IMG/VR virus record: IMGVR_UViG_3300028456_000007
From: a virus
Lineage: Duplodnaviria; Heunggongvirae; Uroviricota; Caudoviricetes
Reading direction: 5' to 3' (one strand)
DNA length: 40,058 nt
The notes beneath the pieces are model-generated. The model saw only the letters and a list, made by a program, of their open reading frames with translations, did no database searches and was not told the DNA's origin. Each line of letters starts with the position of its first letter. Positions within the stretch are counted from its first letter, which is position 1. This document shows, piece after piece, positions 16,883 through 26,707 of this stretch. The position numbers and the translations under genes were made by a program.

Positions 16883-16998
16883 TAATAATTCTCAACTGTC
16901 TGAGGGGAGGGGCGGGTCAAATCCCTGCAGCCTGACGTCTTCCGGACTGCCCGCCCCATCGTTTTTTTATACCCGCGAAAAATGAAATTTAACCAGGA
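16883..16998. other. probable cos/packaging-site region
   Basis: intergenic between HNH and terminase small subunit; GC-rich imperfect inverted repeat GGGGCGGGTC ... GACTGCCCGCCCC followed by T7. Confidence 0.3.
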
Positions 16999-17007
16999 GT
17001 GCCGCAT

Positions 17008-17502
17008 ATGGCTGGAACGGCGGGGCGTTCCGGGCGTCGCCCCAAGCCAACGGCGCGCAAGGCGCTGGCCGGAAACCCCGGCAAGCGAGCCCTGAACAAA
17101 GATGAACCTGTTTTTACGCCCATCAAAGGTGTTGAGCCACCAGAGTGGTTCGCTGAAGAAGATCTCCCTCTCGCCACGATCATGTGGCAACTGACAACCA
17201 AAGAACTCTGCGGTCAGGGCCTGCTGTGCGTGACTGACCTGGCGGTACTTGAGCGGTGGTGCGTGGCCTATGAGTTCTGGCGACGTGCCGTGAAAAATAT
17301 TGCCATACAGGGCAACACCATCACCGGTGCAATGGGCGGCAGGGTCAAAAATCCGGAGCTGACCGCCAAAAAAGAACAGGAGTCCGAGATGAGCAGCACG
17401 GGGGCAATGCTCGGACTCGACCCCAGCAGCCGCCAGCGTCTGATTGGCCTGGCGGGGCAGAAGAAAGCCACTAACCCGTTTCTGAAAATTATCGAATCAT
17501 GA
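17008..17502 (+). CDS. terminase small subunit
   Basis: AGGAG SD before ATG 17008 (track GTG 16999); basic N-terminus; ATGA coupling to large subunit. Confidence 0.75.
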   Translation: MAGTAGRSGRRPKPTARKALAGNPGKRALNKDEPVFTPIKGVEPPEWFAEEDLPLATIMWQLTTKELCGQGLLCVTDLAVLERWCVAYEFWRRAVKNIAIQGNTITGAMGGRVKNPELTAKKEQESEMSSTGAMLGLDPSSRQRLIGLAGQKKATNPFLKIIES

Positions 17503-19232
17503 GCCGGAAATCTTACCCCAACGTAAATGCTGCAAATCAGTATGCCCGGGATGTCGTGCGCGGAAAGATTGTTGCCTGCCAGTTTGTGATTCAGGCCTGC
17601 CAGCGCCATCTTGATGACCTGATGGCGGAAAAAAGTAAGTCGTTTCGTTACCGCTTCGACAAGGACCTGGCTGAACGGGCCGCGAAATTTATTCAGCTGT
17701 TGCCGCACACCAAGGGGGAGTGGGCATTCAAACGGATGCCCATCACGCTGGAGCCGTGGCAGCTATTTGTGATCTGCTGTGCGTTTGGCTGGGTCAATAA
17801 AGGCACCCGGTTGCGCCGCTTCCGGGAGGTGTACACCGAAATCCCCCGTAAGAACGGCAAATCAGCAATCTCTGCCGGTGTTGCCCTGTATTGTTTTGCC
17901 TGTGATAACGAGTTTGGCGCGGAAGTGTATTCCGGTGCCACGACAGAGAAACAGGCGTGGGAAGTCTTTCGCCCGGCGCGACTGATGTGTAAACGCACCC
18001 CCATGCTGACGGAAGCGTTCGGGATTGAGGTTAACGCCTCAAACATGAACCGTCCGGAGGATGGCGCGCGGTTTGAACCGCTGATCGGCAACCCAGGTGA
18101 TGGTTCATCACCCCACTGTGCCGTGGTTGATGAATATCACGAGCATGCCACCGATGCGCTTTATACCACAATGCTTACCGGGATGGGGGCGCGACGTCAG
18201 CCACTGATGTGGGCCATCACCACCGCCGGGTACAACATTGAGGGGCCGTGCTACGACAAGCGGCGGGAAGTCATCGAGATGCTCAACGGCTCGGTGCCTA
18301 ACGATGAACTGTTCGGGATCATCTATACCGTTGATGAAGGTGACGACTGGACCGACCCGCAGGTGCTGGAAAAAGCCAATCCAAATATTGGCGTGTCGGT
18401 TTATCGCGAATTTTTGTTAAGTCAGCAGCAGCGTGCGAAAAATAACGCCCGTCTGGCAAACGTCTTTAAAACAAAACACCTCAATATCTGGGTGTCGGCG
18501 CGTTCGGCGTATTTCAACCTGGTGAGCTGGCAGAGCTGCGAGGATAAATCACTGACCCTTGAGCAGTTCGAGGGGCAGCCGTGCATTCTGGCCTTTGACC
18601 TGGCGCGTAAGCTGGATATGAACAGCATGGCGCGACTTTATACCCGCGAGATTGACGGTAAAACGCATTACTACAGTGTGGCCCCGCGCTTCTGGGTACC
18701 GTATGACACGGTGTACAGCGTCGAGAAAAATGAAGATAGACGGACAGCCGAACGCTTTCAGAAATGGGTGGAAATGGGCGTCCTGACCGTTACCGATGGT
18801 GCAGAGGTGGATTATCGCTACATCCTCGAGGAGGCCAAAGCGGCGAACAAAATCAGCCCGGTCAGTGAGTCACCCATCGACCCCTTCGGGGCGACCGGGC
18901 TGTCACATGACCTTGCTGATGAAGATCTGAATCCCGTCACTATCGTCCAGAACTTCGCCAATATGTCCGATCCGATGAAAGAGCTGGAAGCAGCGATTGA
19001 ATCGGGACGCTTTCATCATGACGGCAATCCCATCATGACCTGGTGTATCGGCAATGTGGTCGGCAAAAACATGCCAGGTAACGATGATTTAGTGAAGCCC
19101 GTCAAGGAGCAGGCGGAAAACAAAATCGATGGTGCGGTTGCACTGATTATGACGATCGGTCGGGCAATGCTCAAAGAACCTGACGATTTCCTCTCATCTC
19201 TTGATCCGGACGATGATCTCTTAATTCTATGA
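17499..19232 (+). CDS. terminase large subunit
   Basis: 577 aa; Walker-type ATPase region and nuclease C-terminal region; gene order. Confidence 0.9.
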   Translation: MSRKSYPNVNAANQYARDVVRGKIVACQFVIQACQRHLDDLMAEKSKSFRYRFDKDLAERAAKFIQLLPHTKGEWAFKRMPITLEPWQLFVICCAFGWVNKGTRLRRFREVYTEIPRKNGKSAISAGVALYCFACDNEFGAEVYSGATTEKQAWEVFRPARLMCKRTPMLTEAFGIEVNASNMNRPEDGARFEPLIGNPGDGSSPHCAVVDEYHEHATDALYTTMLTGMGARRQPLMWAITTAGYNIEGPCYDKRREVIEMLNGSVPNDELFGIIYTVDEGDDWTDPQVLEKANPNIGVSVYREFLLSQQQRAKNNARLANVFKTKHLNIWVSARSAYFNLVSWQSCEDKSLTLEQFEGQPCILAFDLARKLDMNSMARLYTREIDGKTHYYSVAPRFWVPYDTVYSVEKNEDRRTAERFQKWVEMGVLTVTDGAEVDYRYILEEAKAANKISPVSESPIDPFGATGLSHDLADEDLNPVTIVQNFANMSDPMKELEAAIESGRFHHDGNPIMTWCIGNVVGKNMPGNDDLVKPVKEQAENKIDGAVALIMTIGRAMLKEPDDFLSSLDPDDDLLIL

Positions 19233-19387
19233 AATCACTAATTGCTGATGTTATCGGGCTGGCTGGTTTTGGCCTGCTTACGTGCGGGGTTTACCTGCAG
19301 TTTGGTATGGCTCCGGCTCTAATTTTGTCCGGTGCTTTACTGCTGGTGGGCGCACTGGCTATGGCCAGAAGGGGGACGCGTGCTGCT
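19229..19387 (+). CDS. small hydrophobic protein (52 aa), not in ORF track
   Basis: ATGA overlap with terminase stop; predicted two TM segments. Confidence 0.3.
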
Positions 19388-20606
19388 TGATGCTCTGTTC
19401 AGAAGTAAATCACTGGAGAATCCTTCCACCCCGATAACCGGTGATGCCGTTGATACTGATGGGCTGTTCCGGGCAGACGTTTATGTCAGTCCTGAGACTG
19501 CGATGAAACTGGCTGCGGTGTATTCCTGTATCTATGTCCTGTCTTCCAGCCTTGCCCAGATGCCGTTGCATGTTATGCGCAGGCACAAGGGGAAGGTTGA
19601 ACCCGCACGCGATCATCCGGCGTTTTATCTGGTTCATGATGAGCCCAATACCTGGCAAACCAGCTACAAATGGCGCGAACTGAAGCAACGTCACATCCTT
19701 GGCTGGGGGAATGGGTATACCTGGGTGAAACGTAATCGTCGCGGTGAAGTTATATCCCTGGATTGCTGTATGCCGTGGGAAACGACGCTGATGAATACTG
19801 GTGGCCGATATACCTACGGTTTGTACAACGAATATGGGGCGTTTGCGATCAGTCCGGACGATATGATCCACATCCGTGCGCTGGGTAATAATCAGAAGAT
19901 GGGGCTGAGTCCGATTATGCAACATGCCGAAACAATAGGCATGGGGATGAGCGGTCAGAAGTACACAGAAAGCTTCTTCAGCGGTAATGCCCGTCCGGCG
20001 GGGATAGTATCCGTTAAAAGCGGACTCAATAAGGAAAGCTGGGGCTGGCTTAAAGATCAGTGGCAGAAGGCATCGCAGGCGTTACGCCGCCAGGAAAACA
20101 AAACCATGCTGCTGCCAGCCGATCTGGATTACAAGGCACTGACTGTGTCGCCAGTTGACGCTCAGATCATTGACATGATGAAGCTGAACCGTTCAATGAT
20201 CGCCGGTATTTTCAATATTCCTGCGCACATGATTAATGACCTCGAAAAAGCCACCTTCTCCAATATTTCTGCGCAGGCGATTCAGTTTGTCCGCTACACG
20301 ATGATGCCGTGGGTGACGAACTGGGAGCAGGAGCTTAACCGTCGCTTGTTTACCCGCGCTGAGTTAGCCGCCGGGTATTACGTCAGGTTCAATCTGACGG
20401 GGCTTTTACGCGGAACTCCGCAGGAGCGCGCGCAATTCTATCACTTCGCTATTACCGATGGATGGATGAGCCGTAATGAGGCCCGCGCATTCGAGGATAT
20501 GAATCCGGTTGAAGGGCTGGACGAGATGCTGGTAAGCGTGAATGCTGCTAACCCGGCAGGAGATTTTAAGCCCCCAAAAAACGATGAGGGAAAAACCAAT
20601 GAATGA
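19380..20606 (+). CDS. portal protein (HK97 family)
   Basis: gene order and size; likely GTG start 19380 after AAGGGGG SD (track start 19332). Confidence 0.85.
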   Translation: MLLDALFRSKSLENPSTPITGDAVDTDGLFRADVYVSPETAMKLAAVYSCIYVLSSSLAQMPLHVMRRHKGKVEPARDHPAFYLVHDEPNTWQTSYKWRELKQRHILGWGNGYTWVKRNRRGEVISLDCCMPWETTLMNTGGRYTYGLYNEYGAFAISPDDMIHIRALGNNQKMGLSPIMQHAETIGMGMSGQKYTESFFSGNARPAGIVSVKSGLNKESWGWLKDQWQKASQALRRQENKTMLLPADLDYKALTVSPVDAQIIDMMKLNRSMIAGIFNIPAHMINDLEKATFSNISAQAIQFVRYTMMPWVTNWEQELNRRLFTRAELAAGYYVRFNLTGLLRGTPQERAQFYHFAITDGWMSRNEARAFEDMNPVEGLDEMLVSVNAANPAGDFKPPKNDEGKTNE

Positions 20607-21201
20607 CCGTGAAATCCGTTGTTACAGCGGTGAGGTGCGTGCTGAGAGGCATGACGATAACCCGGCGCACATTATCGGTTATGGATCGGTGTTTGACTGT
20701 CGTTCTGAGCTGATATTCGGTTCATTCCGCGAAATCATCCGGCCCGGCGCTTTTGACGATGTGCTTGGTGATGATGTACGCGCACTGTTTAACCACGATC
20801 CTAATTTTATTCTTGGGCGTAGTGCAGCAGGCACGCTGAATCTTTCAGTTGATGAGCGCGGATTACGCTATGACATCCAGGCTCCGGAGACACAGACCAT
20901 TCGTGATCTGGTGCTGGCCCCGATGCAACGTGGAGATATTAACCAGTCATCTTTCGCTTTCCGTGTCGCCCGTGACGGTGAGGAGTGGTATCAGGATGAG
21001 GACGGGGTTGTTATTCGCGAGATAACCCGCTTTTCCCGTCTGCTGGATGTCAGTCCTGTGACATATCCTGCCTATCAGGAGGCTGACTCGGCTGTTCGCT
21101 CCATGAAAGCATGGCAGGAGGCGCGCAACAGCGGCGCGCTACAGAAAGCCATTAATCAACGTATGGCGCGTGAACGCGTCCTGACCCTTCTTAACGCGTA
21201 A
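20599..21201 (+). CDS. prohead maturation protease (HK97 gp4-like)
   Basis: gene order between portal and capsid; ATG 20599 overlaps portal stop. Confidence 0.8.
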   Translation: MNDREIRCYSGEVRAERHDDNPAHIIGYGSVFDCRSELIFGSFREIIRPGAFDDVLGDDVRALFNHDPNFILGRSAAGTLNLSVDERGLRYDIQAPETQTIRDLVLAPMQRGDINQSSFAFRVARDGEEWYQDEDGVVIREITRFSRLLDVSPVTYPAYQEADSAVRSMKAWQEARNSGALQKAINQRMARERVLTLLNA

Positions 21202-21211
21202 AGGAAACATC

Positions 21212-22441
21212 ATGAAACTGCATGAACTGAAACAGAAACGTAATACTATCGCAACTGACATGCGCGCCCTGAATGAAAAAATTGGTGATAACGCATGGAC
21301 GGAAGAGCAGCGCACTGAGTGGAACAAAGCAAAATCCGAACTGGAAGCGCTTGATGAACGAATTGCACGCGAAGAAGAACTGCGTCGTCAGGATCAGGCG
21401 TACATTGAAAGCAATGAGGAAGAGCAGCGTCAGAATCTTGATCCGGAAAACAATTCGCAACAGGATGAGAAACGAGCTCAGGTTTTTGATAAGTGGATGC
21501 GTCACGGTGCCAGTGAGCTGACATCAGAAGAGCGAAAGGCGTTGCGTGAACTTCGTGCCCAGGGTGTAGCTCAGGATGAAAAGGGCGGATATACCGTACC
21601 AGAAACATTCCTGGCGAAAGTTGTTGAGAAGATGAAATCCTACGGTGGCATCGCCAGTGTGGCGCAGATTCTGACCACTTCTGACGGTCGCACCATGGAG
21701 TGGGCAACAGCTGATGGTACTTCCGAAGTTGGTGTTCTGCTGGGCGAAAATGAAGAAGCCGGTGAAGAAGACACCGATTTCGGTATGGGAAGTCTTGGGG
21801 CGCTCAAAATGACATCGAAAATCATTCGTGTGTCTAATGAGTTGCTGCAGGACAGCGCGATCGATATGGAAGCTTATCTTGCCCGTCGCATTGCTGAACG
21901 TATTGGTCGTGGTGAAGCCCGTTATCTGATTCAGGGGACTGGTGCTGGTACGCCTAAACAACCCAAAGGGCTGGCAGCATCAGTGACCGGCACAACACAG
22001 ACTGCCGCGGCAAATGCGGTGAAGTGGCAGGAAATTCTGGCTCTGAAACACAGCATTGATCCTGTATATCGTCGCGGACCGAAATTCCGCCTGGCATTTA
22101 ACGATAATACGCTGAAACTGATCAGTGAGATGGAAGACGGTCAGGGACGCCCTTTATGGTTGCCGGATATTGTTGGTGTGGCACCTGCTTCAGTGTTGAA
22201 TGTACCTTATGTCATTGATCAGGAAATTGATGATATCGGGGCGGGTAAAAAATTCATGTTCTGTGGTGACTTTGATCGCTTCATTATCCGTCGTGTGCGA
22301 TACATGATTCTTAAACGTCTGGTTGAGCGTTACGCGGAATATGATCAGACCGGTTTTCTGGCCTTCCATCGTTTTGACTGTATCCTGGAAGACACCTCTG
22401 CCATTAAAGCGCTGGTGGGGAAAGGTAGCGTTGGTGGTTGA
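21212..22441 (+). CDS. major capsid protein (HK97 fold) with N-terminal scaffolding delta domain
   Basis: coiled-coil N-terminus followed by capsid domain; size and position. Confidence 0.9.
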   Translation: MKLHELKQKRNTIATDMRALNEKIGDNAWTEEQRTEWNKAKSELEALDERIAREEELRRQDQAYIESNEEEQRQNLDPENNSQQDEKRAQVFDKWMRHGASELTSEERKALRELRAQGVAQDEKGGYTVPETFLAKVVEKMKSYGGIASVAQILTTSDGRTMEWATADGTSEVGVLLGENEEAGEEDTDFGMGSLGALKMTSKIIRVSNELLQDSAIDMEAYLARRIAERIGRGEARYLIQGTGAGTPKQPKGLAASVTGTTQTAAANAVKWQEILALKHSIDPVYRRGPKFRLAFNDNTLKLISEMEDGQGRPLWLPDIVGVAPASVLNVPYVIDQEIDDIGAGKKFMFCGDFDRFIIRRVRYMILKRLVERYAEYDQTGFLAFHRFDCILEDTSAIKALVGKGSVGG

Positions 22442-22467
22442 TTAGTCTTTTTACGTAATACAGCACG

Positions 22468-22487
22468 CCGCGTAATGCGGTTTTTTT
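22468..22487 (+). terminator. weak candidate terminator after capsid gene
   Basis: short CCGC/GCGG stem followed by T7. Confidence 0.3.
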
Positions 22488-22519
22488 GTGCCCGCGTTCT
22501 GGCGGGCACAGGAGGTTTT

Positions 22520-22843
22520 ATGCTGTTAAAAATGGAAGAGATTAAGCTTCAGCTTCGTCTGGATGATGATTTCTCTGATGAAGATGAGTTGCTTGAACTA
22601 CTTGGGAAGGCCGCTCAGAGTCGGACGGAAAACTTCCTTAACCGTACGTTGTATGCAACCGCAGATGACAGGCCTGCGGATGATCCTGATGGGCTTGTGA
22701 TATCTGATGATGTGAAGCTGGCGCTCCTGCTACTTGTCAGCCATTTCTACGAAAACCGCTCAACGGTTACAGACGTTGAGAAAATGGAGTTGCCAATGAG
22801 TTTTAACTGGTTGGTTGTTCCTTATCGCCTTATACCACTATGA
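22520..22843 (+). CDS. head-tail connector protein (gp6-like)
   Basis: GGAGG SD before ATG 22520; size and position after capsid. Confidence 0.55.
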   Translation: MLLKMEEIKLQLRLDDDFSDEDELLELLGKAAQSRTENFLNRTLYATADDRPADDPDGLVISDDVKLALLLLVSHFYENRSTVTDVEKMELPMSFNWLVVPYRLIPL

Positions 22844-23250
22844 AAATTCGTCAGGCGCAGACCAGCGCAACCTACATTCTGCCGGACCCCGGTGAACTGA
22901 ATAAACGCGTCCTGATCCGCCAGCGGGTGGATATGCCCGCGGATAACTTTGGCGTGGAGCCTCAATACCCGGTTGCGTTCCGGGCATGGGCGAAGGTTAT
23001 CCAGACCAGTGCCACCACCTGGCAGGAAACCGCGCAGACTGGAGACGCCATCACCCATTACATCACCATTCGCTACCGCCGGGGGATCACCGCTGATTAT
23101 GAGGTGGTCTGCGGTGACAGTGTGTACCGGGTGAAACGTCAGCGCGATCTGAACGGGGCGCGGCGCTTTCTGCTGCTGGAGTGTACGGAACTGGGCGAAT
23201 TTACGCAGAGTCACGGAGGCAGCAATGGCGACTCCCTTTTTTCACGTTGA
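22840..23250 (+). CDS. head-tail adaptor / head closure protein
   Basis: position and size; ATGA coupling. Confidence 0.5.
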   Translation: MKIRQAQTSATYILPDPGELNKRVLIRQRVDMPADNFGVEPQYPVAFRAWAKVIQTSATTWQETAQTGDAITHYITIRYRRGITADYEVVCGDSVYRVKRQRDLNGARRFLLLECTELGEFTQSHGGSNGDSLFSR

Positions 23251-23731
23251 TGTTCAGCAGCCCGCGGAGATGCGCTTTAACCGCGCCCGTGTCCGGCGGG
23301 CGTTTGTCACGATTGGGCAGCGTCATATGCGTGATGCCCGTCGGCTGGTGATGCGCCGTGCGCGGTCGGCACCGGGTGAAAATCCCGGTTATCAGACCGG
23401 ACGTCTGGCTCGTTCGATTGGTTACATGGTGCCGAGAGCCAGTAAAAAGCGAGCCGGTTTTATGACACGCATTGCCCCTAACCAGCGCAACGGGAAGGGG
23501 AACCGGATGATCTCTGGTGACTTCTATCCGGCGTTTCTGTTTTTTGGTGTCCGGGGAGGAGCAAAACGTCGTCGTAGCCATCATCGTGGTGCATCCGGTG
23601 GCAGCGGCTGGCGGCTGGCTCCACGTAATAACTTTATGGTGGAAACGCTTGAAAAGAACCGCAGCTGGACACGCTATTTTCTGGCGCGGGAATTACGTAA
23701 ATCACTGAAGCCGGAGCGACGACGCAGATGA
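23225..23731 (+). CDS. virion morphogenesis protein (HK97 gp10-like), Arg-rich
   Basis: position between head-tail joining genes and tail genes. Confidence 0.4.
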   Translation: MATPFFHVDVQQPAEMRFNRARVRRAFVTIGQRHMRDARRLVMRRARSAPGENPGYQTGRLARSIGYMVPRASKKRAGFMTRIAPNQRNGKGNRMISGDFYPAFLFFGVRGGAKRRRSHHRGASGGSGWRLAPRNNFMVETLEKNRSWTRYFLARELRKSLKPERRRR

Positions 23732-24288
23732 AACTGACGCCTGTTATTGCTGCGCTGCGTGCCCGCTGCCCGTATTTTGAAAACCGGGTGGCAGGCGCGG
23801 CACAGTTCAAAAATCTGCCGGAGGTCGGAAAGCTGAGACTCCCGGCGGCGTATGTGGTACCGGGTGATGACTCTCCGGGAGAAAACAAAAGCCAGACCGA
23901 CTACTGGCAGGAGCTGAAAGAGGGCTTCTCCGTGGTTGTCATACTGAGTAACGGGCGTGATGAGCGCGGTCAGTTTGCCTCGTATGATGTGGTGGACGAT
24001 GTCCGGCAGATGCTCTTTAAGGCCCTGCTGGGCTGGAACCCGGAAGCGTGCGGTAACCCGATTACCTATGACGGCGGCACGCTGCTGGATCTGAATCGTC
24101 ATGAGCTGATTTATCAGTTCGATTTTTCGGTCATCAGCGAGCTGACCGAAGACGATACCCGCCAGCAGGATGAGCTGAACAGTCTGGATGAACTGCGAAC
24201 GCTGGCGATTGATGTTGATTATCTCGATCCCGGTAACGGGCCTGACGGCGATATCGAACATCACACCGAAATAACCCTTCCTTCCTGA
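23728..24288 (+). CDS. Mu gp37-like virion protein (tail terminator candidate)
   Basis: position before sheath; recalled resemblance to Mu-like gp37 family. Confidence 0.4.
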   Translation: MKLTPVIAALRARCPYFENRVAGAAQFKNLPEVGKLRLPAAYVVPGDDSPGENKSQTDYWQELKEGFSVVVILSNGRDERGQFASYDVVDDVRQMLFKALLGWNPEACGNPITYDGGTLLDLNRHELIYQFDFSVISELTEDDTRQQDELNSLDELRTLAIDVDYLDPGNGPDGDIEHHTEITLPS

Positions 24289-24296
24289 GAATCTTC

Positions 24297-24467
24297 ATGT
24301 TTGTGAAACCTGTTAAAGGGCGGTCAGTGCCTGACCCTGCCCGCGGTGACCTTTTGCCCACCGAAGGGCGAAATGTTGACGAGAACAACTACTGGCTGCG
24401 CCGTGAAGCAGCGGGTGATATCCGGCGCGTGAATAAAAAGGTGAACACCGATGACGATAAGCTTTAA
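24297..24467 (+). CDS. small protein (56 aa, DUF2635-like), not in ORF track
   Basis: MFVKPVKGRSVPDP ... YWLRR pattern recalled from Mu-like prophages; overlaps sheath start. Confidence 0.4.
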   Translation: MFVKPVKGRSVPDPARGDLLPTEGRNVDENNYWLRREAAGDIRRVNKKVNTDDDKL

Positions 24468-25947
24468 CACCATTCCGTCGAATACGCTGGTTCCGCTGTT
24501 TTATGCGGAAATGGATAACCAGGCGGCGAATACTGCACAGGACAGCGGGGCATCGTTGCTGATTGGTCACGCCAATAACGGTGCAGAGATTATTGCCAAC
24601 AGTCTGGTGCTGATGCCGTCGGCAGACTATGCACGCCAGATTTGTGGTGCGGGAAGTCAGCTGGCGCGTATGGTCGAGGCTTATCGCCAGACCGACCCGT
24701 TTGGCGAGCTGTATGTGATTGCCGTTCCGGAAGCCACAGGCGCGGCGGCAACGGTTACGCTGACGGTGACCGGGGCGGCAACCGAAACCGGCACGGTGAA
24801 TGTTTATGTGGGACGTACCCGCGTGCAGGCACCGGTGACCAACGGCGATAACGTCGCGACGATTGCCAGCAGTATCAAAGATGCCATTAATGCCGTTCCG
24901 GCCCTGCCGTTTACGGCCTCATCTTCGGCAGGCGTGGTCACGCTGACCGCGCGTCATAAGGGGCTTTGCGGGAATGAAATTCCTGTCAGCCTCAATTACT
25001 ACGGCTTTGGTGGGGGCGAAGTGCTGCCAGCGGGCGTACAGATTGCCGTGGCGACGGGGAGCGCCGGAACGGGCGCTCCGGTTCTCACCGGTGCGGTGGC
25101 TGCAATGGCGGATGAGCCGTTTGATTATATTGGCCTGCCGTTCAACGACACGGCCTCCGTTAACACGCTGGTGACCGAGATGAACGATACCAGCGGTCGC
25201 TGGAGCTATGCGCGTCAGCTGTATGGTCATGTGTATACGGCAAAGATCGGCACGCTGTCAGAACTGGTGACCGCAGGTGACCAGTTTAACCAGCAGCACA
25301 TTACCCTGGCGGGATACGAAAAAGACACTCAGACGCCAGCCGACGAGCTGGCGGCAAGCCGTACCGCCCGCGCAGCTGTGTTTATTCGCAACGATCCGGC
25401 ACGTCCCACGCAGACCGGTGAGCTGGTGGGTATGCTGCCTGCGCCGAAGGGGAAACGGTTCACGATGACCGAGCAACAGACCCTGCTGTCTCATGGCGTG
25501 GCAACGGCGTATGTCGAAAGCGGGGTGCTGCGCATTCAGCGTGATGTCACCACGTACAGGAAAAATGCTTACGGGGTTGCGGATAACAGCTACCTCGACA
25601 GCGAGACGCTGCATACCAGTGCGTATGTACTGCGCAAACTGAAATCCGTCATTACCAGTAAGTACGGGCGTCACAAGCTTGCCAGCGACGGTACCCGCTT
25701 TGGTCCCGGTCAGGCGATTGTCACCCCGGCGGTAATCAAAGGGGAACTGCTGGCAACCTACCGTCAGCTTGAGCGTGCGGGGATCGTGGAAAACTACGAA
25801 CTGTTTAAGCAGTACCTGGTTGTGGAGCGTGATGCCAGCGATCCGAACCGCCTGAACACGCTGTTCCCGCCTGACTATGTTAACCAGTTGCGTGTTTTTG
25901 CCGTGGTTAACCAGTTCCGTCTTCAGTATTCAGAGGAGTCTGCATAA
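24451..25947 (+). CDS. contractile tail sheath protein (Mu L-like)
   Basis: 498 aa; followed by tube and tape-measure genes. Confidence 0.85.
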   Translation: MTISFNTIPSNTLVPLFYAEMDNQAANTAQDSGASLLIGHANNGAEIIANSLVLMPSADYARQICGAGSQLARMVEAYRQTDPFGELYVIAVPEATGAAATVTLTVTGAATETGTVNVYVGRTRVQAPVTNGDNVATIASSIKDAINAVPALPFTASSSAGVVTLTARHKGLCGNEIPVSLNYYGFGGGEVLPAGVQIAVATGSAGTGAPVLTGAVAAMADEPFDYIGLPFNDTASVNTLVTEMNDTSGRWSYARQLYGHVYTAKIGTLSELVTAGDQFNQQHITLAGYEKDTQTPADELAASRTARAAVFIRNDPARPTQTGELVGMLPAPKGKRFTMTEQQTLLSHGVATAYVESGVLRIQRDVTTYRKNAYGVADNSYLDSETLHTSAYVLRKLKSVITSKYGRHKLASDGTRFGPGQAIVTPAVIKGELLATYRQLERAGIVENYELFKQYLVVERDASDPNRLNTLFPPDYVNQLRVFAVVNQFRLQYSEESA

Positions 25948-26303
25948 TGGCCCGTATCGGGGGAACCTGTTATTTCAAAATTGACGGTCAGCAGCTATCG
26001 CTGACCGGCGGCATTGAGGTGCCCATGAACAGGACGGTCAATGATGACATCATCGGCCTGGACGGTTCAGTGGACCGCAAGGAAACTCACCGTGCGCCTT
26101 ATGTCAAAGGGACCTTCAAGGTGCCGAAGAATTTTCCGGTGAGCAAAATCACCTCGTCTGATGAGATGACAATCACTGCCGAGCTGGCGAACGGTCAGGT
26201 CTATGTATTGTCGTCAGCCTGGCTGCACGGCGAAGCGAACCATAATGCCGAAGAAGGTACGGTTGATCTTGAGTTCCACGGTGAAGAAGGGGATTACCAG
26301 TGA
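25947..26303 (+). CDS. tail tube protein
   Basis: 118 aa directly after sheath. Confidence 0.7.
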   Translation: MARIGGTCYFKIDGQQLSLTGGIEVPMNRTVNDDIIGLDGSVDRKETHRAPYVKGTFKVPKNFPVSKITSSDEMTITAELANGQVYVLSSAWLHGEANHNAEEGTVDLEFHGEEGDYQ

Positions 26304-26623
26304 TTGAGCTTGTACTTAAAAAACCGATCATCGCCCACAAAGAAACACTGCATGTGCTGGAAATACGTGAGCCTACGTATGACGAGATTGAGGCGCTGGG
26401 GTTCCCTTTCTCTGTTTCGCCTGATGGTGGTATGAAAATGGACAGTCAGGTAGCGCTGAAATATATCCCGCTTCTGGCCGGGATCCCGCGCTCGTCTGCA
26501 GCGCAGATGACGAAGCTGGATATTTTTAAGGCAGGCATGATTGTAATGCGTTTTTTTACCGGCTTGGAGACGGAAGAGACCTCCGGAAGCGATTCTACAA
26601 TGTCGCGTGGTTCTGGAAATTAA
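26300..26623 (+). CDS. tail assembly chaperone
   Basis: small ORF between tube and tape measure. Confidence 0.5.
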   Translation: MIELVLKKPIIAHKETLHVLEIREPTYDEIEALGFPFSVSPDGGMKMDSQVALKYIPLLAGIPRSSAAQMTKLDIFKAGMIVMRFFTGLETEETSGSDSTMSRGSGN

Positions 26624-26707
26624 ACCCCCTTGAACTTCGCCGGACGGCTATTTCCCACTTTGCTGATCTGGAGGCAGAGGCCGTCCGTATAAATGAGGAG
26701 ATGAAGC

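Noticed and set aside
17268-17708. 146-aa reverse-strand ORF
   Set aside because: Antisense to the terminase small subunit and start of the large subunit.
23674-24264. 196-aa reverse-strand ORF
   Set aside because: Antisense shadow of the forward gp37-like gene in a tightly coupled forward operon; no start signals.
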